NCBI RefSeq assembly: GCF_001194135.2
Contig: NC_068994.1
Coordinates: 15,003,598-15,067,505 of the forward strand
Direction of reading: 5' to 3'
DNA from: Octopus bimaculoides
Lineage: Eukaryota
Length of the DNA stretch: 63,908 nt
The position numbers were made by a program, and so were the translations under genes. Of this stretch, positions 38,038 to 52,630 are shown piece after piece (within the stretch, counting starts at the first letter, position 1; every line of letters starts with the position of its first letter). Below the pieces are notes generated by a model. It saw only the letters and a list, made by a program, of their open reading frames with translations, had not been told where the DNA came from and searched no databases.

Positions 38038-41000
38038 CTTTATCCATAAAATATAATTCTAACTTTGCCATTGGTCACTTTATCCTTTTCTTTCTTTATA
38101 CATATATGTGTATGTATATNNNNNNNNNNNNNNNNNNNNNNNNNNNNNNNNNNNNNNNNNNNNNNNNNNNNNNNNNNNNNNNNNNNNNNNNNNNNNNNNN
38201 NNNNNNNNNNNNNNNNNNNNNNNNNNNNNNNNNNNNNNNNNNNNNNNNNNNNNNNNNNNNNNNNNNNNNNNNNNNNNNNNNNNNNNNNNNNNNNNNNNNN
38301 NNNNNNNNNNNNNNNNNNNNNNNNNNNNNNNNNNNNNNNNNNNNNNNNNNNNNNNNNNNNNNNNNNNNNNNNNNNNNNNNNNNNNNNNNNNNNNNNNNNN
38401 NNNNNNNNNNNNNNNNNNNNNNNNNNNNNNNNNNNNNNNNNNNNNNNNNNNNNNNNNNNNNNTAAGTACTGGAGTTGTTTCTTTGACTAAAATCCTTCAA
38501 GGCAATGCTCCAACATGAATTATACATCTCTTAGTTTTTGATATTGTTAGTGGTTCTATTTCTAGCATAAACTCAGATATTAAACAGATAGACCATCTAA
38601 ACCTGGATTCAAAATAGCTGCCAATATTCAAAATTCACTGAATGTTTCAAGGAGCCACAATAAAAAGTAAAAATTTTTAATACTGAACAGAGATTAGAAA
38701 ATAAAAATTTCACTTAATTAAACATTACAAAAAAAAAAAAAAAACTTTTCCACACATAATGCAAAAATTTGAATACATATTGTGTGTGCATGCTCACAAA
38801 TGCAAACATGCACAAACACAAATATTGCATATTCACAAAAAAAGATAGAGAATAAGGTAACACAGAAAGGTGAGACTATTTCAAAGGGAATCCAATCTTA
38901 TTAGAGTGACACATGCACACACACACACACAGCAAACAAAGATGGATCAATATATAAAATAGATAGAAATGTATTCATATATATGTGTGTGTGTGTGTGT
39001 GTGTTCATGTATATTAGAGAGAGAGGGTAAAGAACATTGTAACTAGATACTGAAGAATGCAAGTTCCTCTTTGATTGACTTGAGAAAATCAGGTGAGAAA
39101 TCTATAAGTCTTAGAATGGAAAGACTGAGTGTAACAATATACAATAAGACAGAAGGATGCTAAGGCTTGTAATATTTGAATAAGATCTGTGAAATGTTGG
39201 CTTTGACAACCATGCACGCACTCACACCTGCACACAAATGGAAAACCTTTCAATCACAACTCCCAAAAGCAATTTACTCTCGCATCCTCCTAATGCAAAT
39301 CTTCTTTCAGGAAACTTGATAATGCTAAGGCCACCAGAGATGAAGAAATTAATTGAGCAGCACTTTCTTTCCCTCCTCACATTCATGTACACCTCTAGCA
39401 TACATTGTTCCATGTCAAAAATATCAAATTATTTATTTATATTATGTAGCTTTATCAATGAATTAAGAGATTTAACCCCCCCCCCCCCCNNNNNNNNNNT
39501 AGGGTTTATACAAATAAGGGTTATAAAAACCAGAGTACCTTTTCATCCAAAGATATCTCATTAAATCAAAAAAAAAAAAAAAGTAAGAATATGTAATAAA
39601 ATTTTGGCACCTAGTGAAGCATAAAATAAGGTAAATCTGCCAATTTCTCTCGAATGTAATTATCATCTTGCCTTTCAATACTTCACATACTCCAAGAATG
39701 ATATTATTGCACATATTATTTCATATATTATATTTTAAGCTGAAAATCAATATTAAACATTTTAATCTGATAAAGTTTAGTTATTACTGCACCTGATCAG
39801 TATACAAATACTCAAATAGCCACTTAGTTACTAATCTACTCCACTGTTCACCGATTTGAACAATCATTAGTATTAACTTCATGCATCCTTATTATTTTCA
39901 TTGATTTTGTATTTATTTACTATCCTAGCGGGGGTTGAATAAGTATGTATGTATGTAGTATAACATTATTCTTCTCTGTTACAGCCTTATATCATCTCGT
40001 TAGAAAAAGCTTCATTTTTCTGAGATCCAATGGAGCTACTCTTTCACCAGGTCTTTTTTATTTTTATCTGTCTCTATGTGTGTAGCATATTTTAAGCCAG
40101 GACAGATTACCTTCTTTCATTCTATGATCCTACAAATAAAGTCATCTATCTTTAATACTTGTGTATATTAAAAGCCAACACCTTTAATATGTAGCAGTCT
40201 TTCCATCAGATCATATCATCTCTGCCTACCTTTCAAGTCTTGATTATTACTCCTATATCAATTCTAGCTTACCTGGAGATAAATAACAGAAATGAACAGT
40301 GAAAGTGGTTGATAATATGCAGCCGTTACTCCTACTGGATACCAGCTCTACTATACACAGCATCAGCATGATATTCGCCATTTCTGCTAATGCAGTAGTA
40401 GTAGTGTTTTAAGTTCTGCTATTTTGCTTATTGGTTTTGGCTGAGATTTTACATCTGGATAGCTTCCTATTGCCAACATTGTGCATCCACCAATAACATA
40501 ACAGAAGAACAGTTTTAGTATTCGAAACTAATAAACTGTAAATAATTTTGTTTTTAATTACATGCTAATTAGAATTCTGTTCAGCGATGGTTTGCTTTGA
40601 CCTAAGCCTCCAACTAACATTGTAGTAGAGCGTTTTATATTTATAATCTTCAGAGATTTCAAATGCACAATATTTATAATCAAAATCTTTAATATTTAGT
40701 TTAAAAGAGCAGTGAGTTGCATAGATCATCAGTCCAGATGTATTACAACATTCAATTTCATCCTTTGCAATCTAATTTCAATCCTCATCTGGCTAACTTT
40801 GCCTTTATTAAATTATCAGTAATGTAGTGAGTGGGACAGATTTAATCAGCTGCATTTTTCCCATACAAAAGTTAGTACTGTGTCTAGCTAAAATAAATCA
40901 ATATTTAGTTTAGGTAAAGTGGAGAGTGGCAGAAATAGTACAGTGCCAGATTAAATGACTTGAAGTATATTTAGTTGTGTGTTTTATGTTTCCAATTCAA

Positions 41001-41114
41001 ACTTCTCCAAGTGTTTATAAAATACACACCAGATATATACTTTGATCAATTAAATTGACTACACCACAATATGAATATCAAGCCTGCAGAAGATAGGGGT
41101 AAAAACTCAAAGAT

Positions 41115-41274
41115 ACGCAGACATGGCTGTGTGATAAAAAGTTTGCTTCTCAACCACATGGTTCCAGGTTCAGTCCCAATGTGTGACAACATTGGGCAAG
41201 TGTCTTCTATTATAGCCACAGCCTGACCAAAGCCTTGAGAATGGATTTGGTAGATGGAATCTGAAAGAAGCCCA

Positions 41275-41306
<32 letters not shown>

Positions 41307-41490
41307 ATGCGTGTGTTTCTGTGTGTGTTTACATCCCCATAACTTAGCAGTTCAGCAAAAGAGACCGATAGAACAAGTGCCAGGTTTAATAAAATATAAG
41401 TACTGCGGGTAATTCATTTGACTAAAAATTCTTCAAGGTGGTGCCCCAGCATAGCCGTAGTCCAATGACTGAAACAAGTGAAAGATAAAT
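41115..41490 (+). mobile_element. SINE family A, older subfamily
   Basis: Head, (TG)n and tail are all present. Confidence 0.8.
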
Positions 41491-42831
41491 TTGAAGGTTC
41501 TCAGCTGAAAACTCGAATTTAACTTTTGTATTTATGGGGTTGAAGTACAGAACATTCTAAGTACACAGCACTATACATGGAGACAGTTATTTAGAGTCCA
41601 GGACAGTTTGTACTGACTATGAAGGGCCATTGAGAACTTATCTCAATTGCTTGTAGGAGGCAGAACTCATTTGAAAAGGAAAATACCTACTTCCTCTCTT
41701 CACTCACACTGTTTTCATACTGTGCTCGTATATCTTGTATCTTACAGATATTCATAACTCACATTTTTTTCTCCTTGATATCAAGTACATAGTGAACTCT
41801 TGACATTAAACAAGAATCTCCTGAATTATTCTTTGTATTAGCTCCACAATTTAAGAACGCTATAGTATTATTCATGCCACTTCATTTATTACATTTAATG
41901 TTTTGTCTTCCTTTTCTGTCCTGCTGTGGGATCTAGTACATTATATTTCATATTTTATTCAGAATTTATTGCTTCAACCCCAATCATTTTCTTTTTTCTT
42001 AGAGAGCTTGCCTTATGTAAAGGCATCTAGCTCAAGTACAGTTGTTTTGTGTCAGGGTACTAGAGGGAATGATGAATACCAGTTCATTAAACTATTGGTG
42101 GAGAAAGCATGAAATATATTTTGTGAATATATATTTGTATATATTCACACTATAGTTACACTTATGGTTATCATATAAAAATATTTAAGGAATAATTGAT
42201 GTGTTTTAAAGGTTTAGAAGCAAAACTGGCTAACTAGATATTTTAGACTATAAATTCAGATGCCTAGAATTCAAATTCACTGCAAGGGTTTTGTTGTATT
42301 TTAGAGAAATTCATTTTATTCTGTGCCTCACTTCACCTGCGTGTTAGGAAAAGGTATATATGGATGTTATCGCAATTAAGCAGAATTCTATTGCAATGGA
42401 GAGTAGTAGAATACCAGATTACCATAACTAGTCCTTGAGGCTAGCGGATTAATTTACATACATGATTTAAAAGATAAAATAAAAACAAATACCACTGATT
42501 GATATTGGTTTATAAATTAAAATAATGTTCTTTTCCATCATTGTTATATAATCCTGTTATTTTACTCATCTATTTTTCAGCAACCTTCTTTGAATTCTCA
42601 TGATTTAGAAGCCTTTTTTGTTAAGAGAAATAATTCCGATACCCATTATTTCTATACCTGTAATCTATTTATGAGTAAAAGCACCCTATGATCAAAGCCT
42701 GAATGGTGTTAAAGCTGATATTAACTTGAAACACTACAGGAAATGATAGTATTTAGGTCAAGAGTAACCTACATACAATGTTCTTCCTTCATTTGAACAA
42801 AGGAAAAAAATATTAAACACGTCTTTCAATA

Positions 42832-43220
42832 GGCGCAGGTATGGCTGTGTGGTTAAGAAATTTGTATCCCGACTACATAAATTCAGGTTCAATTCTAATG
42901 AGTGGTTCTGAGCTGACCAAAGCCTTGTGAGTAGAATCGGTAGATGGAAACTGAAAGAAGCTTATCATATATATATGTGTATGTATATGAGGTAGTGTGT
43001 ATGTTTGTGTCTCCTTCACTTAACTACACATGATTGTTGTAAATGAACGTCATTTATTCACAGCAAACATGTGATCTCAAGACAAGGGGAAATATTAACT
43101 TACTCAGAAGCAGGTAAGGGTTGACATAAGGAAGAGCATCCAGCCGTAGAAAATCTGCCTCAGTAAATTCCATCTGACCCATGCAAGCATTGAAAAGTAG
43201 ACATTAAAATAATGATGATG
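42832..43220 (+). mobile_element. Chimeric SINE: family A head with RTE-type tail
   Basis: GGCGCAGG head; tail GCATCCAGCCGTAGAAA...CCCATGCAAGCAT...GACATTAAAATAATGATGATG. Confidence 0.7.
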
Positions 43221-43703
43221 GACCATTTCTATGCCTAATACTTTTGTTGCATGGAATGATTTTTCAGCATTAAACAATATGCAAAAACTGTTTCTAATCA
43301 AAATATCTTGAATATTGTGTATTTAAATGATGTTATAACAATATTCCAATATTTGATTTAACAATATTACGGCTGCCACTTTGCTTATCTTTAAATAAGT
43401 AGGCACATTGCCCCAACTTTCATTTTAGCCCTTCAGCATTCAGATTACTTCGTCAAATGCAATGCTTATTTATTTACATAGTTTTGAATTGATCATGCAT
43501 ATCTCATAGCTTTGAGAGTTTGATGATGTTAATTTGTAAAATGATGTTGTAGAGTAGGTTTGAGAGGCTAGGTCTAGCTAGTTTTGATATTTACAGGTTA
43601 TAATATTGTTTCCCTTGTACAGGTTTAATAACCAAGTTCCATCTTTTTTGGATAGAATAGACAAAAGTAAAATACATGTGAGTATAGATATTTAGTCATG
43701 TTA

Positions 43704-44086
43704 GGAGGCGCAATGGCCCAGTGGTTAGGGCAGCGGACTCGCGGTCATAGGATCGCGGTTTCGATTCCCAGACCGGGTGTTGTGAGTGTTTATTGAGCGA
43801 AAACACCTAAAGCTCCACGAGGCTCCGGCAGGGGGTGGTGGCGAACCCTGCTGTACTCTTCCACCACAACTTTCTCTCACTCTTACTTCCTGTTTCTGTT
43901 GTGCCTGTAATTCAAAGGGTCAGCCTTGTCACACTGTGTCACGCTGAATATCCCCGAGAACTACGTTAACGGTACACGTGTCTGTGGAGTGCTCAGCCAC
44001 TTGCACGTTAATTTCACGAGCAGGATGTTCCGTTGATCGGATCAACTGGAACACTCGACGTTGTAAGCGACAGAGTGCCAACAACA
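43704..44086 (+). mobile_element. SINE family C, full length
   Basis: TSD ATTTAGT(C/G)ATGT at 43690-43701 and 44087-44098. Confidence 0.92.
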
Positions 44087-46701
44087 ATTTAGTGATGTGG
44101 GTATAGATATTTAGTCAAAGATAACTGCCGAAAGAAAAACAACTGTCAAACGTACATTTGTCTATAGAGGAAAGAATCCAGACAGTTAAATACTTTATTC
44201 ACAAATTTCCGTACCAACTTAAAAGATGTTCTGAGCACAAAGATATAAAAAACAAAAGTGTTATTTAAAAGGAAAAAGACAACTTGTGGTTTAGATTAAA
44301 TGGTCTTTATAAATAATAATATGTGCTATTGTGTTCCTTGAACATACTTAGCTACTTGATGACCAAAATTATAGGTAAATCCACTTTCAAGGAAAATAAA
44401 TTCGCCTGGTTATCGTTGCTTTGTACTTATTTAAACACAAAAGACAGCTTACTCTTCAATAATACTACTTCCTTTGTATAGCAAATACACAATATACCGA
44501 CCAACTAATGAAAAGCCATACCATATTGGTTATGTCTGGAGATTTTATATCCAACCAAGTTAACATTACAAAGAGCATTCAGCTGTAAAATATCCGTTTC
44601 AACAATTCTGAATTCATAAAAGCATTCAACTAATATCGGTCTGGAAACTGAATGTAAAGACATTAATATATAATGCTGATTTCTTCATTAGGCATGAAGT
44701 TCTTAAGCTTCCAAGGCTTTGCTGAATTGTAGAATATTATATTTTTCTGTTTCCCTTTTTTTCTTTTTTGAGTTGGAGTACTTGGGCTCAACATGAGGCC
44801 ACAAAATTAAAGAGAGAGATGAGATGAAATGACAACTATGTATTTTACTAAGTTTCATTGATAATTTATGTGAAATGAAATCAAAACCAGACTGCATTAG
44901 CATCTCACTAGGGTGCTTACTTATACAGTCGTCATCACTACAAACTGTTTAATATTAATATTGTTCAATTGTTTTGCAATAAAACTGAAATCTAAAAAAT
45001 AGGACAACATCAACATGCAGCAAGAATTTAAAGCTTGAAATCCACCTCGAGAATTTAGATATAATGCATTACAAATTCATGGTAACTTGAATGTGGGGTT
45101 TAAAGTTGAATAAACTTCCAGTACTTGACTAGTACTTATCTCAATACAGCTGGAAATGTCAAATTTTAGAGCAAAGATGGAATTTTGTTTCCATAGGGAA
45201 GGAGCATAGTCAATTAACTCAACTTCATTATATTACTGATAATTATTTTATTTATTCCAAAGATTGACAGTGTTAAAATCTCGGAACAAGGAACATATTC
45301 ACTGACTTGATCAAGTAGGTGGTAAAATCCTTTGAGTAATGACAACACTTATAAATCAGAACAGAAGTATAAATAAAATAAGCAGCAAAACATAGCAATA
45401 CTCTGAGACATGACTGTACATACTGCTAAAGGAATTAAAGTAACCATACTGATGTAAATGCCAAAGACAAATGTAAAGTATGTAGTGCAGGTTATATGAC
45501 CACTGTAAGTAGCAGTAGTAGTGGAATAAATGAGGGATTTGCTGGCTTATAGTACCATTCACTGACGAAAATGTTATCCAATGAGTGTTCAGTTTCCTAT
45601 CCAGAACGATATCTCTCATTTACTTCATGCCACAAATGATGAAATAAATACTGGCGGTTCAGAAAAGGATTAGCTTTTAGCAAAACCCAGAGTCAGTTTT
45701 GCATATTCATAGGGAATGAGTAGATATAATCAATTGATTCAACCTAATTATATTACTGATACTAATTTGATCAATCCTGAAGGCTCATACTGAAGTGAAT
45801 ACCATAAAGCAATTCACTAAAGCCTTAATGATTATGAAAATATTTTGTTCCCAAAAGGAAGAAAGTCAGGTGACCCAGACAGGATTTGAACTGCCATCCA
45901 TAGCTCATTTATAGGGAAAGAATATAGTCAATTGAAATGATTCTAGTAGATGACTGGTACTTATCAATCCCAGAAAGATGAAAGGTAAAATCGATCTCAA
46001 TTAATAATAATATCAACATAGATATACTTATGTTTCAACATTATAATTTGTAGTTTGTTCATATTATAATATATAAAAATAGATTCAGAATAGTGGCATG
46101 GACAATATCTCAATGAAACATATTTCCGATTTTAACCTCAAGTGGTTTTATCTGATTTCAAATTAACATATGTACACTGACTAAAGCCGTTAAAAGCAAA
46201 CAATGAGCAAAACAGAACTGTTAGTAAAGCCAGTGGATCATCACAAATATAAAACTAGCTTATACCATCAGCAAATTACAACTTGCCTTGTGTCCCAAAG
46301 CTGTTATCATTTCCTTTTGACAACATTTTGTTATGAATGTTTGTGACAGTAATTACATTAATTTATTTAAATTAAGAATGTTGAATTTATTTATTATTTT
46401 TTCTACCATATTTTTTTTTTTACAGTTTTATATCCATTTTGTTTGTGCAGACATTTTTGAGATTGTTTCTACTGAAGGAATTTTCTTCTTTTTTCAGTTG
46501 AGTGCCTTTTCTTTCACTAACTACAGAAGCAAAATTTAGGATTAGGACCTGTTGTCATTTAGGAAAACTTGGCAAGTAATATCTTGCTTATGGACACTAT
46601 ACAATGACTTTTAGTAAGGTTTGAATGAAACAAATTCCACTTTAAAGGATTCTTGGTTTTTAAACAAAGAACATGATATCAATGTTATTTACTCATTTGC
46701 C

Positions 46702-47078
46702 GTGGAGGTGCAATGGCCCAGTGGTTAGGGCAGCGGACTCGCGGTCATAGGATCGCGGTTTCGATTCCCAGACCGGGCGTTGTGAGTGTTTATTGAGTGA
46801 AAACACCTAAAGCTCTACAAGGCTCCGGGATGGTGGCAAACCCTGCTGTACTCTTCCACCACAACTTTCTCTCACTCTTACTTCCTGTTTCTGTTGTGCC
46901 TGTAATTCAAAGGGTCAGCTTTGTCACAATGTGTCACGCTGAATATCCCCGAGAACTATGTTAATGGTACAGGTGTCTGTGGAGTGCTCAGCCACTTGCA
47001 CGTTAACTTCACAAGCAGGCTGTTCCGTTGATCGGATCAACTGGAACCCTCGACGTCGTAAGCGACGGAGTGCCAACA
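46702..47078 (+). mobile_element. SINE family C, full length
   Basis: Perfect 11-bp TSD ACTCATTTGCC at 46691-46701 and 47079-47089. Confidence 0.93.
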
Positions 47079-47999
47079 ACTCATTTGCCAATACTTGCCA
47101 CTTAAAAAAGAAAATTAAATCAGAAAATTCTAATTTACATTAAAGTGTAAATTTTTACTTATTTAAAATCATAAATCACATGCCATGGAATTTTAGCAAA
47201 CAAATTATTTCCTATGTTAGGAAGATTTTTCTGATTGGCTAATATGAATTCTTATTCTAAATTGCTTCTACTGTCAGGGTACATAAGTCTCTATAGTAAA
47301 CAGGTCCAATAATATATCTGAATTGAAAATGAAAATAAACCCCTCCATGTACACACATACTTGTTTCAATTACGAACTGTGAGAAATGTGCAAGCCAAAA
47401 TAAGGATTTTCCAACACATTCAAATAAAATTGAAAGAACTTCCGGAGTTTTGAAGCAATTTGCTCTATTTTTGTTCATCAAACTTTACTTGAAGTCAATT
47501 TAATTTAATTCAATCCAGCAAAGTATTGAGGTTAGATCTTTTTGGCAATAGTGATTAACTTCAAGAGAATTTATCAGCTTCTAACCATTTATATCACCTG
47601 GAAACAGTTCAAATTCAGAGCCAGTTACATTGATGTCAGAAACTAGTAGCAACATCTATGGAATAAAATCTAAGAAAATAATGACACTACTTTGGTCCAA
47701 TGTACTTTTAAGACATTCCTTTTTGCACCAAAAACAGGAAATTAGCTATGGAACTATATTTCTAATTTTTACCTATATTTGTCTGGTTGAGAATATTCTT
47801 CAGTATCATTTTGTAAAAGCACTAGTCAAATACGGGTTGTACATATTAATTTTAAGTTAGTTATCAAATATAGCCTTTAGTTTAACTATTGTAGGAAAAA
47901 TGTCCAGACTCACTTTAACATATTACAAATTGGAGTATTTTATAAATAAAAAAAAACAGTAGAGAATTAATTTACAAGATATATGTATACACAAGACAG

Positions 48000-48386
48000 C
48001 AAAGGTGGGCACCATTAATCGAAAAGTTAACTTTGTTAACCAAAAAGTTAACTCTGATAACTGTTAATCAGTTACTTATTTCCTAATGTAACAGAAATTA
48101 TCAATAAACTGTTAACATTAATTTTTATTATGGAAAAAACCCCAAAAAAGAAAACAGTTTTTGCACTAAAACCACCTAAAAACACCTTTAAAAAGTGCCA
48201 AAACTATAAAATCTGTTAACATCAATCGAATAGAAGTTAACTCAAGTTGACTTCAGTTAACAGAAGTTAAATGTAACAAAAGGTAATAAGTTCAATAATG
48301 ATTTTTAGAGTTAACTTAAAAGTTAAACTGTTAATGAAAGTGTTAACTTTGTTAATTAACGATTAACAGTTTGGTGCCCAGGTTTG
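48000..48386. mobile_element. hAT-type MITE with GTTAAC subterminal arrays
   Basis: TIRs CAAAGGTGGGCACC and GGTGCCCAGGTTTG; perfect 8-bp TSD CAAGACAG at 47992-47999 and 48387-48394. Confidence 0.88.
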
Positions 48387-48771
48387 CAAGACAGTTATGA
48401 AATGGAAAGAAGTTCAAGGTTTACTGATTAGCGAACTAAATCAGTAAAAGAATGCCATGGATAAATTTTAAGCTCATTAGTTTTTCAATTTAGTAGACAA
48501 ACTATTCAACCAAATTGTGATTGAAGGTGGGAGAAATACTTGTAAATAAGATATTTACATAGTAATCTATGAAGTAGAGCATGTCACAATATAAATGTTC
48601 CATTCTTGAGTTGTTTGTAACAACTATAATCAGGTTTTGCTTAAGCAAGCTTGTCAGTAGTCAGCAGATTACGTAACAAAAACAGAAATTGTATACAGAC
48701 TGAGACATCTCAAATGCATAATCCAAATCTTTACCATAGATCTGAATATAAAGTTAAAGGTACTTAACTTA

Positions 48772-49165
48772 GGCGCAGAAGTGGCTGTGTGGTAAGTAGC
48801 TTGCTTACTAACCACATGGTTCCAGGTTCAGTCCCACTGCGTGGTACCTTGGGCAAGTGTCTTCTACTATAGCCTCGAGCCAACTAAAGCCTTGCGAGTG
48901 GATTTGGTAGACGGAAACTGAAAGAAGCCCATCGTATATATGTATATATGTATGTGTGTCTGTGTTTGTCCCTCCACCATCGCTTGACAACCGATGCTGG
49001 TTTGTTTACGTCCCCGTAACTTAGCAGTTCGGCAAAAAGAGACCGATAGAATAAGTACTAGGCTTACAAAGAATAAGTTCTGGGGTCGATTTTGTCGACT
49101 AAAGGCGGTGCTCCAGCATGGCCACAGTCAAATGACTAAAACAAGTAAAAGAATAAAAGAGTAAA
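48772..49165 (+). mobile_element. SINE family A, full length
   Basis: Near-consensus sequence. Confidence 0.9.
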
Positions 49166-52100
49166 GAGAGAGGGTACATTCACACTTGTTCAAAAGGAAC
49201 ACTCAGAATTGAAGAAAGAACATGTCTAACTTCACTCTAGGTATGAAAATTTTGTAGAAAACTTTAAAAATATGCTTTTACATGGTCCAACTGTCTACTA
49301 TTCGTAAACTGCACATTACAAATGAATCTGAAAATGTTTCAATTATTTGCTGTTTAGAAAGAAAATTAAAGTTTTATTCTCATAAACAGGCCAAATGAAT
49401 ATTTGTTCAACAGGCATGGAAAATATTATTCAATTCAGTTGATCAACAAAAAAAATATTGCAACACACAAGTAAGATAGGCTCATAAAGATTACAATGAT
49501 ATCAAAGATAAAATAGAAGAGAGATAAGATTTCTTAGCTCTCACAAAAGACAATACAAAGATTTGCTGAAAAGAATTAGTACACACTTCTTCCAATTCTA
49601 CAAAAAACTTCTGAAGATTTAGTCTAAATAAATTGATAGGCAGTTTGCTTCAGCAGTATAAATCAAAGAATAAGGTAGGGGGGCTCCGGAAGGGGTCTCA
49701 GGGAATAGCGTCCCTGCCTTCCTGAGTTAGTTTTCCACCACATTTCTTAAAAATTATGGTAGAGACCTTGGTATCGGGACTGCTCATGCCTAGAAACTGA
49801 GGTTGGGATAAAGCAAGAGCATGCACCTTGTAGAAAATCCAGCTCCAAGAAAGTATCATGATAGCAAAGGAGAATGGGCACCAGCCACCCAGCCCAAAGG
49901 TTAGGGTGGACTGCACCTGAAAAAGGAGAATGCCCAAAATTAGGTAAGATAGCAAGATGGTGTGAGGGCAGTTGCTATGGCATTGAGGTAGATCTGGCCA
50001 CCCCTGTTAACGGGGATAAAACCTGGATTTAAAACACTGGATGATGATGACAATGATGATGATGAAGGTACTGAAACACAGAACATAGTATCATTGCAGC
50101 TTAAATTTATCATCATTGTTTCATGACCATTTTCCATGCTGCCATGGGTTGGACAGATCATCATGAGCTGAGTCAGTTCTTATTTGGTGTTATTGTCCTC
50201 TTAGATAAGTCAGAGAATTATATATACCTCATACATACCAATTTGGCTTGGTTTCTATGGCTGGATGTCCTTCCTAACAATAGCCACTTTACAAATTTTA
50301 CAAATTTCACTGGATACATTTTATTATGACACCAGCAAGAGAAGTTATCATAGCTTTGGCAAACTAGAATGTTCTCCCAAATTACTTTGTCGCAGCACAT
50401 TTGCCAACCATCTTACATTGTGTATGCTAACACAGCACCAGCACCAGTGAAGCTACCTTGACCTCTGCAGTACCAAACAGTTCCCACTAATTTAGTCTTT
50501 ATTCATTTGAGACTGCATGACCAATACATCTTGGTGAATAGAAGAAAGTACACAAAGTAGGGGTATGATGGAAGAAACAGTAACGGAAGGGAGCAACGGG
50601 TGAGAGACAGTGGTGGCAGCTAGATGTGTGCTGGTAAGAGAGAATGCAAGTAATAGGTAGCTTAAATTTCAGATATTAAGCAGTAAAAAAAAATCATAGA
50701 CTTAGAATAAAATAGATGGAAAATGATTAGACATTTTGAATTGAAGTTAAGACAAAAAAGAGAATACCAACTCAACCTGTTACATAATGGGCCACTTAGT
50801 GTTTTAAATTATTTTGCTGCTTTTCAGTAACATAATTCTCATTATCATTTTCGTTCTCCTCTAACCATTCATTTCAACATGTAACCATACACACACTACT
50901 GCTGCCACTTACACAAGTATACATAAACATATCCAACCCATGCCAGCATGGAACATGGAAGTTAAATGATGACAATGATGATGATAAACACATTTACTTT
51001 CAAACATACAAAGTACACTTCCATTCCACACACACTAAATTTGCAAACATATACAAGCATTTAGTTATTAACACAGTATTTATTTACACAAAACTGATTG
51101 TGGACACATACACATACATATATCAGATTCACAGACTACACTATATTATTGAAATAAAAATTGTTTTAATAAATTACACAACAGATGGTGGAGGTGTATG
51201 GCTTAGTGGTTAGGGTGTTGGGTTCATGATCGTAAGACTGTGGTTTTGATTCCTGGACCAGGTGATGCATTGTGTTCTTGAGGAAAGTATGTGAATGTTT
51301 GTATGTGTGATTATTATGTACCTTATTTATATATAAAATACTACAATTAACTGTCATTATTGATGGCACGTGGTCAGCTAGTTTGTATTATAATGTTTAC
51401 ATGCTTAGCATAAAACTAAGTCAAGACAATGTCAGGACATATTTTACTGTTGAGTAGTTTGTTGGGCATGGAAACTAGTGAGAGTTGACAATTGGAATGG
51501 CATCCAGCCATAGAATATTGCCTCATCTAACCCATGTCAGCATAGATAAAGCAGAGGTAAAACAATGTTTTATATGTATGTATATGTGTGTGTATATGTG
51601 CATGTGTGTATTATGCATGAACACTCAAATATGATGCACAAATATACATATGTAATATACATGTGTAGCTGTAACAAGTAGACAAACAACATTAACTTAA
51701 AAAAAAAAACAACTGTCTTTTAACACAACTATACATAACAAATTGGAAACAATCTATCCAATACACACACACACACACTGTTTGAACTGAGAAAATCAAG
51801 AGCAAAAGAAGATTTAATTGCAGGTTGCAACTCTATCAATCAATCAAATGATACTGAAATGAAATGCAATAAAAAGCCATCTAGTGAATACTATGCCAAC
51901 TTGGCAGCTATATCAAAGAAGCATTAAAGCTATTCCTAGCAATAGCTGTGATCAGAACGGTTTATGTTTAGAGTACAATGGCTGCATAAATTCAGTGAAA
52001 CTGTCTCATGTGCAAAGGAACTCCATAGCTTTCAACATTCTTAGCAAAACATTATTAATGATATGGTGCTGAGTGCTGAATCGTTAGAGCTGGGTTAATG

Positions 52101-52581
52101 TTCTTGAAAAACATATGAATATCACATGAATTTCATTTCTGATCCCTTAAACATCTATGAAGCCTTGCAGCTGGGAAAGAAATCAATGATTCAATGAGCC
52201 AAAGGAGCCTTGGTTTGCGCACTCAGTCAGCTGGAAATAATAGCTAAATCTCCCTCATGTCACACCCTACCTGATGACAGATAGTGAATTACCACCTAAA
52301 ATATAGAATACAGTGAATGATGTAGTTCTAGATATAGAAAAACTGACTGAAGAGAAAAGATGACACAATACTAACAGGAACGCTTATGGTTATAGCTCTG
52401 TCTGATCAGAGCTGACCAGAAGCTAAAACAACAACATTAATGTTACAGTGATAAGTATCATATGAGCCAAACTAACTGAATCTATCACCTGATTTCAGGT
52501 TGGGGTTCACTGCAGTTCTTTTATAATGCTAACACTTTTGAGAAAGTTATTAATGTAATAAATAGGAGCTTTAATTCCTGA

Positions 52582-52630
<49 letters not shown>

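Noticed and set aside
18587-47655. Chain of phase-compatible minus-strand pseudo-exons (47598-47655, 44921-44944, 40330-40383, 20292-20474, 18587-18645) with plausible AG/GT ends
   Set aside because: No recognisable homology, and the JMJD1C/KDM3 alignment requires WPAL to join NFKPL directly. Such matches arise by chance in 40 kb of AT-rich DNA; RNA-seq could still show rare use.
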